From positions 225,338 through 289,337 of the forward strand of contig CAWHRB010000002.1 in the NCBI GenBank assembly GCA_963831715.1: a DNA stretch of 64,000 nucleotides. Direction: 5' to 3'. Each line of letters begins with the position of its first letter. The first letter of the stretch is position 1. The position numbers were made by a program, and so were the translations under genes. This DNA comes from an uncultured Chloroflexia bacterium. GTDB lineage: Bacteria; Chloroflexota; Limnocylindria; Limnocylindrales; CSP1-4. Positions 25,303 through 35,341 of this stretch are shown piece after piece. The notes beneath the pieces are model-generated. The model did no database searches. It was not told the origin of the DNA and was given only the letters and a program-made list of their open reading frames with translations.

Positions 25303-27858
25303 GTGACCGAGACCACCGACAGCCGAACCCGGGTCGAACGCTACGACCCCACCACCGTGGAGCCACGCTGGCAGGCGCGCTGGGCGGAACTCGGCATGCA
25401 CGAGACGGACCTGCTCGACACGTCGCGGCCCAAGTACTACCTGTTGACGATGTACCCGTACCCGTCGGGCGACCTGCACATCGGCCACTGGTACATCAAG
25501 ACGCCGACCGACGCGCTGGCTCGCTATCGGCGGATGCACGGCTACAACGTCTTCCTGCCGATCGGCTTCGACGCGTTCGGATTACCGGCCGAGAACGCCG
25601 CGATCAAGAGCGGCGGCCACCCGTTCACATGGACGATGCAGAACATCGAGAACATGCGCCGTCAGCTGCGGACCATGGGCGCGACGTTCAGCTGGAAGCA
25701 TGAAGTCGTGACCGCCGACCCATCCTTCTACAAATGGAACCAGTGGATGTTCCTGCGGTTCCTGGAGGCGGGGCTGGCGTACCGGCAGAAGTCGGCCGTC
25801 GACTGGTGTCCCAATGACGGGACACTGGCGCGCGAGCAGGTGGAGGGGCCCGAGCGGCGCTGCTGGCGCTGCGGCGAGCTGGTCGAGAAGCGCGACCTGG
25901 ACCAGTGGTACCTGAAGACGACGGCCTACGCGGACGAGCTGCTGTCGTTCGAGGGTCTCGATTGGCCCGAGCCGATCAAGGTCCAGCAGACGAACTGGAT
26001 CGGTCGCTCCGAGGGCGCCGAGATCGACTTCGAGACGGCCGCCTCGGCGCACCATCCGGGCGGCGAGCGGCTGCGCGTCTTCACGACCCGGCCAGACACC
26101 CTGTTCGGCGCCACGTTCATGGTCCTTGCCCCCGAGCACTCGCTGGTGCCGACACTGACCGCGCCCGACCGGCTGGCCGAGGTCGAGGCGTACGTCGCCC
26201 AGGCTCGGCGACGCACCGAGATCGACCGCCTCTCGACCGACCGGGAGAAGACCGGCGTGGCCATCGGTGCCGACGCGGTCAATCCGGTCAACGGCGAGCG
26301 GATCCCGATCTTCGTCGCCGACTACGTCCTGGCCGGCTATGGCACTGGCGCGATCATGGCCGTGCCCGCCCACGACGAGCGTGACTTCGCGTTCGCGACG
26401 CAGTTCGATCTGCCGATCCGGCGGGTCGTGGCCGCACCGGGCACCGAGGCCGACGACGAGATGCTCGACGCGTATGTCGCGCACACCACCGGAGAGCGGC
26501 TGGTCAACTCCGACGGCTTCGACGGCATGGCGGCCGACGAGGGTGGCAAGGCCATCGTCGAGAAGTTGGCCGCCGAAGGCAAGGCCGAGCCGACGGTCAC
26601 CTACCGCTTACGCGACTGGCTGATCAGCCGCCAGCGCTACTGGGGCACGCCGATCCCGGTCATCTACTGCGCGCGTGACGGCATCGTGCCGGTCCCGGAC
26701 GAAGACCTGCCCGTCCTGCTACCGGAACAGGTGGACTACCGAGGGCGCGGCGACAACCCGCTCCAGCGCGACGAGGCCTTCCTGAACGTCGCCTGCCCGA
26801 TCTGCGGCGAGCCGGCCCGTCGCGAGACGGACACGATGGACACGTTCGTCGACTCGTCCTGGTATTGGTATCGCTACCTGTCGCCGGACAAGGAAGACGG
26901 CCCGGTCGACCGGTCGATGACCGACGTCTGGACGCCGGTCGACCAGTACACGGGTGGCGCCGAGCATGCCGTGATGCACTTGATGTACGCCCGTTTCTGG
27001 ACGAAGGCGATGCGCGACATCGGGCTGATCGCCGAGGACGAGCCCTTCAAGCGGCTGTTCAACCAGGGTCAGATCCTGGGCGCCGACGGCGAGCGCATGT
27101 CGAAGTCGCGCGGCAACGTCGAGGACCCCGACGACCTGGTCCGCCGGTATGGCGCCGATACGGTCCGGCTGTTCCTGATGTTCATGGGGCCGTGGGACCA
27201 GGGCGGCCCGTGGAGTGCGACGAACATCGGCGGCGTCCATCGATTCCTGAACCGTGTCTGGACGGTGACGCTGGATCCACACGGCCGCGAACCGGGTGAT
27301 CCCGACGCCGGCCGACTGCCGCCGGGCGAGAGCGCGGCCGACGCTGGCGCCGCGATCCGCGCCGCCGCGCATCGGACGCTGCAGGACGTGACCGAGGACT
27401 ACGAGGGGTTCCGTTTCAACACCATGGTCGCGAAGCTGATGGAGCTGTCCAACACCCTGTACCGATACCGGGGGACCGAGGTCGCCGGCGACACCGAGTG
27501 GGACGAGGCCGTGCGCCTGCTGCTGCTGATGCTGGCGCCCGCCGCCCCGCACATCACCGAGGAGATCTGGTCGCGTCGGGCCGAGGCCGACGGTCGAGCG
27601 TGGACGTCGATCCACACGGAGGCCTGGCCGCAGGTCGACGAATCGGCGATCCGCGTATCGGTCCGTGAGGTGCCGGTCCAGGTCAACGGCAAGCTGCGCG
27701 CCAAGGTCGTCGTCCCAGCCGACGCGACCGACGACCAGATCAACGCCGAGGTCCTGGCGAACCCGAGGATCGTGGCGATCCTCGATGGGCGGACGCCCGA
27801 GCGGCTCGTCATCGCCGGCGGCGGCAAGCTCGTCAACATCGTCGTGCGCGAGGCGTAG
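25303..27858 (+). CDS. leuS: Leucyl-tRNA synthetase.
   Basis: GTG start. YYLLTMYPYPSGDLHIGH (HIGH motif), the CP1 editing domain and a KMSKS-type motif (RMSKSRGN). Confidence 0.97.
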   Translation: MTETTDSRTRVERYDPTTVEPRWQARWAELGMHETDLLDTSRPKYYLLTMYPYPSGDLHIGHWYIKTPTDALARYRRMHGYNVFLPIGFDAFGLPAENAAIKSGGHPFTWTMQNIENMRRQLRTMGATFSWKHEVVTADPSFYKWNQWMFLRFLEAGLAYRQKSAVDWCPNDGTLAREQVEGPERRCWRCGELVEKRDLDQWYLKTTAYADELLSFEGLDWPEPIKVQQTNWIGRSEGAEIDFETAASAHHPGGERLRVFTTRPDTLFGATFMVLAPEHSLVPTLTAPDRLAEVEAYVAQARRRTEIDRLSTDREKTGVAIGADAVNPVNGERIPIFVADYVLAGYGTGAIMAVPAHDERDFAFATQFDLPIRRVVAAPGTEADDEMLDAYVAHTTGERLVNSDGFDGMAADEGGKAIVEKLAAEGKAEPTVTYRLRDWLISRQRYWGTPIPVIYCARDGIVPVPDEDLPVLLPEQVDYRGRGDNPLQRDEAFLNVACPICGEPARRETDTMDTFVDSSWYWYRYLSPDKEDGPVDRSMTDVWTPVDQYTGGAEHAVMHLMYARFWTKAMRDIGLIAEDEPFKRLFNQGQILGADGERMSKSRGNVEDPDDLVRRYGADTVRLFLMFMGPWDQGGPWSATNIGGVHRFLNRVWTVTLDPHGREPGDPDAGRLPPGESAADAGAAIRAAAHRTLQDVTEDYEGFRFNTMVAKLMELSNTLYRYRGTEVAGDTEWDEAVRLLLLMLAPAAPHITEEIWSRRAEADGRAWTSIHTEAWPQVDESAIRVSVREVPVQVNGKLRAKVVVPADATDDQINAEVLANPRIVAILDGRTPERLVIAGGGKLVNIVVREA

Positions 27859-27917
27859 CCGGCGCCCGCTCCGCAAGAACTTGCAAAGACTTGCGTTGAC
27901 ATGCATACCATGAGGGC

Positions 27918-28931
27918 ATGTCGAATCGTCTTGCCGATGTCGCGCGCAAGGTCGGGGTCAGCGAAGCGACCGTCAGCCGCGTCCTGAACGAGAAGCCGGG
28001 GGTGTCCGAGGCGACCCGGCAGGCGGTCCTCACGGCCCTGGACGTCCTCGGGTACGAGCGGCCGACGAAATTGCGCGGCGAACGCGCCCGACTCGTCGGC
28101 CTGGTCCTGCCAGAGTTGCAGAACCCGATCTTCCCGGCGTTCGCGGAGGTCGTGTCCGGAGCGCTCGCTCAGCAGGGGTTCACGCCCGTCCTGTGCACCC
28201 AGACAGTGGGCGGGGTGTCCGAGGCGGACTACGTCGATCTGCTCCTCCAGCAGCAGGTCTCCGGTGTCGTGTTCGCGGGCGGCCTGTACGCGCAGGCCGA
28301 CGCGCCTCACGGGCACTATCGTCGATTGGCGGAGCGTGGGCTGCCGACGGTCCTCGTCAACGCCGGGATCGACGGCCTGCCCTTCCCGCGCGTCTCATGC
28401 GACGACGCGGTGGCCGTCGAACAGGCGATGGGCCACTTGATCTCGCTCGGCCACACGCGGATCGGGCTCCTGGTCGGCCCGCGCGACCACATCCCGTCGC
28501 GCCGCAAGATCGAACGGGCACGTCGGATCGCGACCGCGGCGGGCCTGACGATCGGAACGGACGATATCGCGCATGCGCTCTATTCCCTCGAGGCCGCGCA
28601 GGCGGCCGCCGTGCGGCTGCTCGCGGGAGGCATCACGGGGATCATCTGTGCCAGCGACCCGATGGCGCTCGGCGCGATCCGGGCGGTGCGCCGCGCCGGT
28701 CTCACCGTGCCGGGCGACGTCTCCGTCGTCGGCTTTGACGACTCAGCGCTGATGAACTGCACTGAGCCCCCACTGACGACCGTGCGCCAGCCGATCGAGC
28801 CGATGGGTCGCATGGTGATCGAGCTGCTCAACGGCCAGATCGCCGGTACACCCGTCACCCACGATGAGCTGCTCTTCGAACCGGAGCTCGTCGTCCGCGG
28901 CTCGACAGCACCCGTCGCCGCCGTTCGCTGA
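27918..28931 (+). CDS. LacI-family transcriptional repressor.
   Basis: N-terminal HTH LADVARKVGVSEATVSRVLN, followed by a periplasmic-binding-fold effector domain. Confidence 0.92.
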   Translation: MSNRLADVARKVGVSEATVSRVLNEKPGVSEATRQAVLTALDVLGYERPTKLRGERARLVGLVLPELQNPIFPAFAEVVSGALAQQGFTPVLCTQTVGGVSEADYVDLLLQQQVSGVVFAGGLYAQADAPHGHYRRLAERGLPTVLVNAGIDGLPFPRVSCDDAVAVEQAMGHLISLGHTRIGLLVGPRDHIPSRRKIERARRIATAAGLTIGTDDIAHALYSLEAAQAAAVRLLAGGITGIICASDPMALGAIRAVRRAGLTVPGDVSVVGFDDSALMNCTEPPLTTVRQPIEPMGRMVIELLNGQIAGTPVTHDELLFEPELVVRGSTAPVAAVR

Positions 28932-28984
28932 GACTGGCCACCGGCCGGTCTGGGGGTCCTCCCGCACGCTTGTAGTCAACTTAT

Positions 28985-29043
28985 CAACAACTTGTTGTCG
29001 AGTTCTTGCATTAGTTCGTCGAATGCGCTACGTTGCCGCAACG
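28985..29043. promoter_or_regulatory. Candidate promoter and LacI-type operators for the GH13/ABC operon.
   Basis: TTGCAT (29006..29011), 17 nt, TACGTT (29029..29034) in an unusually AT-rich stretch. Two palindromes: CAACAA-c-TTGTTG at 28985..28997, and CGTTGC-c-GCAACG at 29031..29043 overlapping the -10. Confidence 0.45.
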
Positions 29044-29092
29044 CCGCGGCAGCCGTTGCCGCTCCGTTCCGACCGCTGCAGGAAGGATCGAC

Positions 29093-30865
29093 GTGACCGA
29101 ACCGGCGATGGCCGATGCCGCGACGCTCCCGACGCTCCTCGACGTGCCCACGCGCGAACGCCGCCTTGAGCGGGCCGACGGCGAGGTGGCCCCCGTCGAC
29201 GACCCGACGTGGTGGCGGAGCGCGGTCATCTACCAGGTCTACGTGCGCAGCTTCGCCGATGCGAACGGGGACGGGACCGGTGATCTGGCCGGCGTCCGCA
29301 GCCGACTTCCATACCTCCGCGACCTCGGCGTGGATGCGATCTGGTTCACGCCCTGGTACGTCTCTCCGTTGGCCGACGGCGGGTATGACGTCGCCGACTA
29401 TCGGGCGATCGATCCGACCTTCGGCAGCCTGACCGAAGCCGAAACACTCATCGCCGAGGCCCTCGAGCTCGGGATCCGGACGATCATCGACATCGTCCCG
29501 AACCACGTGTCGGACCAGCATCCCTGGTTCCAGAGCGCGCTCGGCGCGGCACCCGGCGATCCTGAACGGGCTCGCTTCTGGTTCCGACCCGGGCGCGGCG
29601 ATGGATCCCAGCCGCCGACCGACTGGCCGTCGGAATTCAAGGGCGGTCGCACCTGGACACGAACCACGAACCCGGACGGCACGCCCGGCGAGTGGTACCT
29701 GCACCTGTTCACCGCCGAGCAGCCCGACCTCAACTGGGACCATCCCGACGTCCGCGCCGAACACGAGGCGATCCTGCGCTTCTGGTTCGACCGCGGGGCA
29801 GCCGGTGTTCGCATCGACTCGGCCGCACTCCTCGTCAAGGACGCCGCGATGCCCGAGGTTCCGAGCGATCCCGCTCCGGGCGGCCACCCGATCCACGATC
29901 GCGACGAGATCCACGACATCTATCGCAGCTGGCGAGTCGTGGCTGACGGTTATCCCGGCACGCGGGTCCTGGTCGGCGAGGTCTGGATCGAGGACGTCGA
30001 GCGGTTCGCGCGCTATCTGCGACCGGACGAGTTGCACACCGCCTTCAATTTCGACTTCATGGCGCGGCCGTGGGACGCGACCAGCCTGCGCGAGTCGATC
30101 GACGCGACGCTCGCCGCCCACGCGCCGGTCGGCGCCCCGGCGACGTGGGTGCTGTCCAACCACGACGTCACACGCCCCGTCACCCGCTACGGGCGTGAGG
30201 ATTCCTCTTTCGCATTCGCCCGCAAGCGGTTCGGCGCCCCCACCGATACCGCGCTCGGGCGACGCCGGGCCAGGGCTGCCGCACTCCTTACGGCGGCCCT
30301 GCCCGGCTCCCTCTACATCTACCAGGGCGATGAGCTGGGATTGGATGAGGTCGAGGTACCGCTCGACCAGATCCAGGACCCGATGCACGGACGTTCGGGC
30401 GGGATCGATCCCGGCCGCGACGGCTGCCGGGTGCCGTTGCCGTGGGATGGGACGAGCGCGTCGCTCGGTTTCAGCCTAGCGACCGCGAGCGGCGACCCAT
30501 GGCTCAGCCAGCCCGACCACTGGGCCGACTTGACCGTGGCCCGGCAGGCCGCCGACCCCGGATCGATGCTCAACCTGTACCGGACGGCGCTGCGCATCCG
30601 GCGGGCCGAAGTCGAGCTGGGCGACGGGTCGCTCGAATGGTTGCCGTCCGCCCACGACGTCCTCGCGTTCCGACGCGGGCGTGACTTCATCAGCATCACC
30701 AACCTGTCCAGCACCGCGCTGCCCCTCCCGGCCCACGAGTCGGTGCTGCTGGCAAGCGCGGATGTCTCGGAGGGTCGCCTTCCGCCCGACGCGACGGTCT
30801 GGCTGCGCCCAGACCGTGACGAGCCGACGGACCCAGCAAGGAGGGTGCCCGCGAACGATCGCTGA
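29093..30865 (+). CDS. Glycoside hydrolase family 13 alpha-glucosidase (oligo-1,6-glucosidase-like).
   Basis: GTG after an AGGAAGGA SD. WWRSAVIYQVYVRSFADANGDGTGDLAGV, GVDAIWFTPW, IIDIVPNHVSDQHPWF and GVRIDSAALL. Confidence 0.9.
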   Translation: MTEPAMADAATLPTLLDVPTRERRLERADGEVAPVDDPTWWRSAVIYQVYVRSFADANGDGTGDLAGVRSRLPYLRDLGVDAIWFTPWYVSPLADGGYDVADYRAIDPTFGSLTEAETLIAEALELGIRTIIDIVPNHVSDQHPWFQSALGAAPGDPERARFWFRPGRGDGSQPPTDWPSEFKGGRTWTRTTNPDGTPGEWYLHLFTAEQPDLNWDHPDVRAEHEAILRFWFDRGAAGVRIDSAALLVKDAAMPEVPSDPAPGGHPIHDRDEIHDIYRSWRVVADGYPGTRVLVGEVWIEDVERFARYLRPDELHTAFNFDFMARPWDATSLRESIDATLAAHAPVGAPATWVLSNHDVTRPVTRYGREDSSFAFARKRFGAPTDTALGRRRARAAALLTAALPGSLYIYQGDELGLDEVEVPLDQIQDPMHGRSGGIDPGRDGCRVPLPWDGTSASLGFSLATASGDPWLSQPDHWADLTVARQAADPGSMLNLYRTALRIRRAEVELGDGSLEWLPSAHDVLAFRRGRDFISITNLSSTALPLPAHESVLLASADVSEGRLPPDATVWLRPDRDEPTDPARRVPANDR

Positions 30866-30955
30866 AGGGTTCGTCGGCGACCACCCGGACCTTCGGTCGC
30901 CCGTCGAACGTTGATAGACCACCCCATGATGGGAAGTCGAGAGGAGGAGAACGCG

Positions 30956-32389
30956 ATGCGGTCCACCACCCGACGCTCGGCGTCGCTCCTGGCGGCGTTC
31001 GTCGTCACCACTGCCACCATCGTTGCCGCCTGCGGAGGCAGCACCGCCAGCACCGCGCCGTCGGCGGCTCCAAGCGCCGGCGCATCCGCGTCGCCGGGCG
31101 CTAGCGCGGCGCAGGAGCCAGTCACGATCGTCGTGGGCGCGCTCCGCCCGGGCGTCACCCAGGAGGCGGTCGACGCGCTGTACGAACAGATCGGCCAATT
31201 CCAGGACAAGTACCCGTGGATCACCGTCGAGCCCGAGGAATACAACTGGACGGCCCCGACGTTCACGGCCGCCCTTGCCGCCGGCACCCTGCCGGACGTC
31301 TTCACCATCCCGTTCACCGATGGCAAGGGGCTCATCGCCCAGCACCAGATCGTGGACATCGACTCGCGCGTCCAGGCGTTGGGCTACGCGGACAAGTTCA
31401 ACCCGAATGTCCTCGTCAACGGCCAGGACGCCGATGGCAAGATCTTCGCCGTCCCGACCGCCGCGTACGGCATGTCGCTGACCTATAACCGGACCCTGTT
31501 CACGCAGGCTGGTCTGGACCCGGACGCGCCGCCCGCAACGTGGGATGACGTCCGCGCGGCCGCCAAGACCATCGCCGAGAAGACCGGTGTCGCGGGCTTC
31601 GCGTCGATGGCCACCGAGAACACCGGTGGCTGGCAGCTCACGACGGCCACCTATGCCATGGGTGGGCGCATGGAGGAGGTCGGCGCTGACGGAACGGTCA
31701 CCGCGACCGTCAACAACGACAAGACGAAGGCCGTCCTCGAGCGCCTCAAGGCGATGCGTTGGGAAGACGGCTCGATGGGCTCCACCTTCGACTATGCGTG
31801 GGGCACGATAAACCAGGCCTTTGCGGCCGGCCAGGTCGGCATGTTCACCGGCGGCTCGGACCTGTACACCTGGATGATCCAGAACGCGAGCCTCAAGCCC
31901 GACGACTACGGCGTCGCGACGATCCCGCTCGAGAACGACCCGAACGCCGGCGTCCTCGGCGGTGGCACGCTCGCCGCGGTCAACGTCGTGACGACCGAAG
32001 CCGAGCGCGACGCGGCCGTCGCGTGGATCGACTTCTACTACATCCAGAAGCTGCTGACCGAGGAGGGCGCCGTCGCCGACGCCAAGGCCCTCACCGCGAA
32101 CAACCAGCCTGTCGGCGTGCCGGCGCTGCCGATCTTCGACAAGGCGACGTATGACGAGTCCCAGGTGTGGATCAAGGACTACATCAACGTGCCGGTGGCG
32201 CAGATGACGCCATTCACGTCGAAGATCTTCGATCAACCGCTCGTCACCGAACCGGTCGCCCACACCCAGGAGCTGTACGCGGCCCTCGACCCCGTCGTCC
32301 AGGCCGTGCTGACCGACCAGAATGCCGACATCGACGCCCTACTTGATGCGGCCAATGCCCAGATCCAGGCCGTGCTCGACGCGGGCTGA
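30956..32389 (+). CDS. ABC sugar transporter substrate-binding lipoprotein (SBP family 1).
   Basis: GAGAGGAGGAG SD. Lipobox VAACGG, followed by an extracellular solute-binding fold. Confidence 0.88.
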   Translation: MRSTTRRSASLLAAFVVTTATIVAACGGSTASTAPSAAPSAGASASPGASAAQEPVTIVVGALRPGVTQEAVDALYEQIGQFQDKYPWITVEPEEYNWTAPTFTAALAAGTLPDVFTIPFTDGKGLIAQHQIVDIDSRVQALGYADKFNPNVLVNGQDADGKIFAVPTAAYGMSLTYNRTLFTQAGLDPDAPPATWDDVRAAAKTIAEKTGVAGFASMATENTGGWQLTTATYAMGGRMEEVGADGTVTATVNNDKTKAVLERLKAMRWEDGSMGSTFDYAWGTINQAFAAGQVGMFTGGSDLYTWMIQNASLKPDDYGVATIPLENDPNAGVLGGGTLAAVNVVTTEAERDAAVAWIDFYYIQKLLTEEGAVADAKALTANNQPVGVPALPIFDKATYDESQVWIKDYINVPVAQMTPFTSKIFDQPLVTEPVAHTQELYAALDPVVQAVLTDQNADIDALLDAANAQIQAVLDAG

Positions 32390-32480
32390 ATCGCGATCGC
32401 ATCGATAGGCCCCGGCACCGCCGGGGCCTATCTCTATCCTTGTCGACCTGGCGTGCACGAGGTACCCACGACCTGGAGCC

Positions 32481-33428
32481 ATGGGATCGATCACTGATGT
32501 CGCCCCCGCGCGCGGACTGACGGTTCGGCACCGGATCGCCAGGTTCCGGGTCACCCGCGACGGCCTGAGTACCCTCGTGTTCCTGCTGCCGTTCCTCGTC
32601 ATCTTCGGGCTGTTCGCCTGGTTCCCGATCCTGCGCGCGTTCGTCATGAGCGTGCAGGACACCAACCTCGTGTCCGAGCCGACCTTCGTCGGCCTCGAGA
32701 ACTTCCAGCGAGTCCTGGCCGATCCACTGTTCGGCATCGCCGTCCGCAATACGGCCTGGTTCGCGATCCTCGCGCTGGTGTTCGGGTTCCCGATCCCGAT
32801 CATCCTGGCCGTGGTGATGAGCGAGGCTCGTCGCCACCGCGGCGTGTACAGCGCGCTCGCCTACCTCCCCGTCGTCGTACCGCCGGTCGTGTCGGTCCTC
32901 TTGTGGCGCTTCTTCTACAACGCGTCGCCTACCGGTGTGTTCAACACGATCCTGGGCTGGTTCGGGCTCGGCCCCTTGCCCTGGTTGCAAAGTGCGAGCA
33001 CGGCGATGCCGTCGATCGTCATCGAGGCGACGTGGGCGGCGGCCGGGGCGACGGTCATCATCTATCTCGCTGCGCTGGTGGGGGTGCGCCCCGAGCTGTA
33101 CGACGCCGCTGAGGTCGACGGCGCATCGATCTGGCAGAAGATCCGGTTCATCACGCTGCCCCAGATCCGCAACGTCCTGTTCGTAACGTTGCTCCTGCAG
33201 CTCATCGCGACCGCCCAACTGTTCACCGAGCCGCTGCTGTTGACGGCCGGCGGCCCGGCGAATTCGACCATGACGGTGCTGCTCCTCATCTACAAGTACG
33301 CCTTCCAGAACAGCCTGGGTGGCGACTATGGGATGGCGGCGGCATTGAGCCTGATGCTCGCTGCGTTCCTTGCCGTCTTCACAGCCGGGTACTACTGGCT
33401 CACGCGGCGCTGGAGCGTCGATTCATGA
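32481..33428 (+). CDS. ABC sugar transporter permease (MalF-like).
   Basis: EAARVDGASIWQKIRFITLP is the EAA motif, on a six-transmembrane-helix scaffold. Confidence 0.9.
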   Translation: MGSITDVAPARGLTVRHRIARFRVTRDGLSTLVFLLPFLVIFGLFAWFPILRAFVMSVQDTNLVSEPTFVGLENFQRVLADPLFGIAVRNTAWFAILALVFGFPIPIILAVVMSEARRHRGVYSALAYLPVVVPPVVSVLLWRFFYNASPTGVFNTILGWFGLGPLPWLQSASTAMPSIVIEATWAAAGATVIIYLAALVGVRPELYDAAEVDGASIWQKIRFITLPQIRNVLFVTLLLQLIATAQLFTEPLLLTAGGPANSTMTVLLLIYKYAFQNSLGGDYGMAAALSLMLAAFLAVFTAGYYWLTRRWSVDS

Positions 33429-34351
33429 GCCGGACGCGGCGGCGGCGGCGTACGGGTACCAAGCCAGCGACCGCGTCGGAGCGCGGCCTCCTGTCGAGCG
33501 CGGACTGGAGTCAGCGCCGAGTCCGCTGGTCCGTGCGCTTCCTGCACATCGCCACGCTCGTCTTCCTGCTCGTCGTCGGCCTCGGGCCGATCCTGTGGAT
33601 GCTCAAGTCGTCGATCACGCCGACCCTCGACACGTTGCGTCAGCCGATGGCGCTGTGGCCCAACGGGTTCGACCTGACCCAATTCGCGACGGCCTGGAAC
33701 AAGGTCCACATCGATCGCTACCTGTTCAATACCGTGGCAATCGCGGTCGGTTCGTGGGCCGTCCAGATCGTCGTCGCGACGACGGCCGGTTTCGCGCTGT
33801 CGGTGCTGCGGCCGCGCTTCAGCGGTCTGCTGACGGGACTCGTGATCGCGACCCTGTTCGTGCCCCCGATCGTCCTGCTCGTCCCGCTGTATCTGACGGT
33901 CGTGGACGTGCCGATCGTCCACTGGCGGATGATCGATTCCTACTGGGCGGTGTGGCTGCCCGCGGGCGCCAGCGCCCTGAACATCATCCTGATCAAACGC
34001 TTCTTCGACAATCTGCCGCGCGAGATCTTCGAAGCGGCGCGCGTCGACGGAGCTGGGCCGTTCCGGCTGTTCTGGTCGATCGTCCTGCCGATGTCTCGGC
34101 CGATCCTCGGCGTGGTATCGGTCTTCGCGGTGATCGCGACCTGGAAGGACTACCTGTGGCCGCTGCTGGTGCTGCGCGACCCGGATATCCAGCCGCTCTC
34201 GGTTCGCCTGCCGATCCTCGCACCGACGACCGACCTCGGCGTGTTCATCGCCGCCCTGACGATATCGAGCCTCATCCCGATCGCGTTGTTCCTGCTCTTC
34301 CAGCGCCTGTTCCTGTCGGGCGCCGGGTTGAGCGGCGCCGTCAAGGGTTGA
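33425..34351 (+). CDS. ABC sugar transporter permease (MalG-like).
   Basis: EAARVDGAGPFRLFWSIVLP is the EAA motif. Its start overlaps the stop of the preceding permease. Confidence 0.9.
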   Translation: MSRTRRRRRTGTKPATASERGLLSSADWSQRRVRWSVRFLHIATLVFLLVVGLGPILWMLKSSITPTLDTLRQPMALWPNGFDLTQFATAWNKVHIDRYLFNTVAIAVGSWAVQIVVATTAGFALSVLRPRFSGLLTGLVIATLFVPPIVLLVPLYLTVVDVPIVHWRMIDSYWAVWLPAGASALNIILIKRFFDNLPREIFEAARVDGAGPFRLFWSIVLPMSRPILGVVSVFAVIATWKDYLWPLLVLRDPDIQPLSVRLPILAPTTDLGVFIAALTISSLIPIALFLLFQRLFLSGAGLSGAVKG

Positions 34352-34576
34352 TCCCGGCGCCGTCAAGGGTTGATCCCAGCGCCGGTTGGGAGCGACCCTC
34401 AGGGGGGCCCACTGGCCGTTGACGGACCGCACCAGACCTGACCCGACCGGACCCCACAAGACGTGACAACGGCTGCCCGTGCGGGGTAGGGTGGGGTTTC
34501 GCGAACTGGATCCGTGGTCGACCGGCGTCGCTGCCCAGATGCGACGGTCGGTCGGTCCCCCGCCCGGAGGAGGCCG

Positions 34577-35341
34577 ATGACGGCTGTTCAGGAGCGCTAC
34601 ACGATCGAACGCGCCAAGTGGGATGCCCACGCCGGCACCACGAGCGAGGCGATCACGCCACCCAGACCCGGCGAGGATTTCGCTTCGTTCGCCAAGCGCG
34701 ATTCCCTCCTGCCCGGCATCGCCGAGTTCCTTGGCGATCTGCGCGGCCAGCGGGTCATCGAGTACGGTTGCGGCCTGGGCAAGCTGACCGTGCTCCTCGC
34801 CAGGAGTGGCGCCCACGTGTCGGCCTTTGACCTCTCCGAGCAGAGCATCGAAGTCGCGCGGCGCCGTGCGCAGATGACCGGTGTCGAGGATCGGATCACC
34901 TTCCAGGTCTCGGCCGGCGAACAGCTCCCCTACGACGACGGGGCCTTCGACATCGCCGTCGGCAAGGCCGTCCTGCACCACCTCGACGCCGAAGCGGGAG
35001 CACGCGAGCTCGCGCGCGTCCTGCGGCCCCGCGGTCGCGCCGCGTTCTCTGAACCGCTCGGCACGAACCCGGTCGTGCAGTTCGTCCGTGACTATGTGCC
35101 GTACCCGCACAAGCACGAGCGCGGCGCGGACATCCCGCTCCGGCGGAGCGATATCGACGCGTGGATGGCCCCGTTCTCCGAGGCACGGCTGCAGGGCGTA
35201 CAGCTGTTCAGCATGGTCGAGCGCGGACTGGGCTTCCACCAGAAGCTGCCGGTGCTGCGCGAATACGACCGCCTGCTGCTGAAGCGCTGGCCGCAGCTCT
35301 GGCCGCTATGCCGTTACGCGGTGCTCACGCTCCAGCGCTGA
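34577..35341 (+). CDS. Class I SAM-dependent methyltransferase.
   Basis: GGAGGAGG SD. VIEYGCGLGKL (motif I) and FDIAVGKAVLHHL. Confidence 0.8.
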   Translation: MTAVQERYTIERAKWDAHAGTTSEAITPPRPGEDFASFAKRDSLLPGIAEFLGDLRGQRVIEYGCGLGKLTVLLARSGAHVSAFDLSEQSIEVARRRAQMTGVEDRITFQVSAGEQLPYDDGAFDIAVGKAVLHHLDAEAGARELARVLRPRGRAAFSEPLGTNPVVQFVRDYVPYPHKHERGADIPLRRSDIDAWMAPFSEARLQGVQLFSMVERGLGFHQKLPVLREYDRLLLKRWPQLWPLCRYAVLTLQR

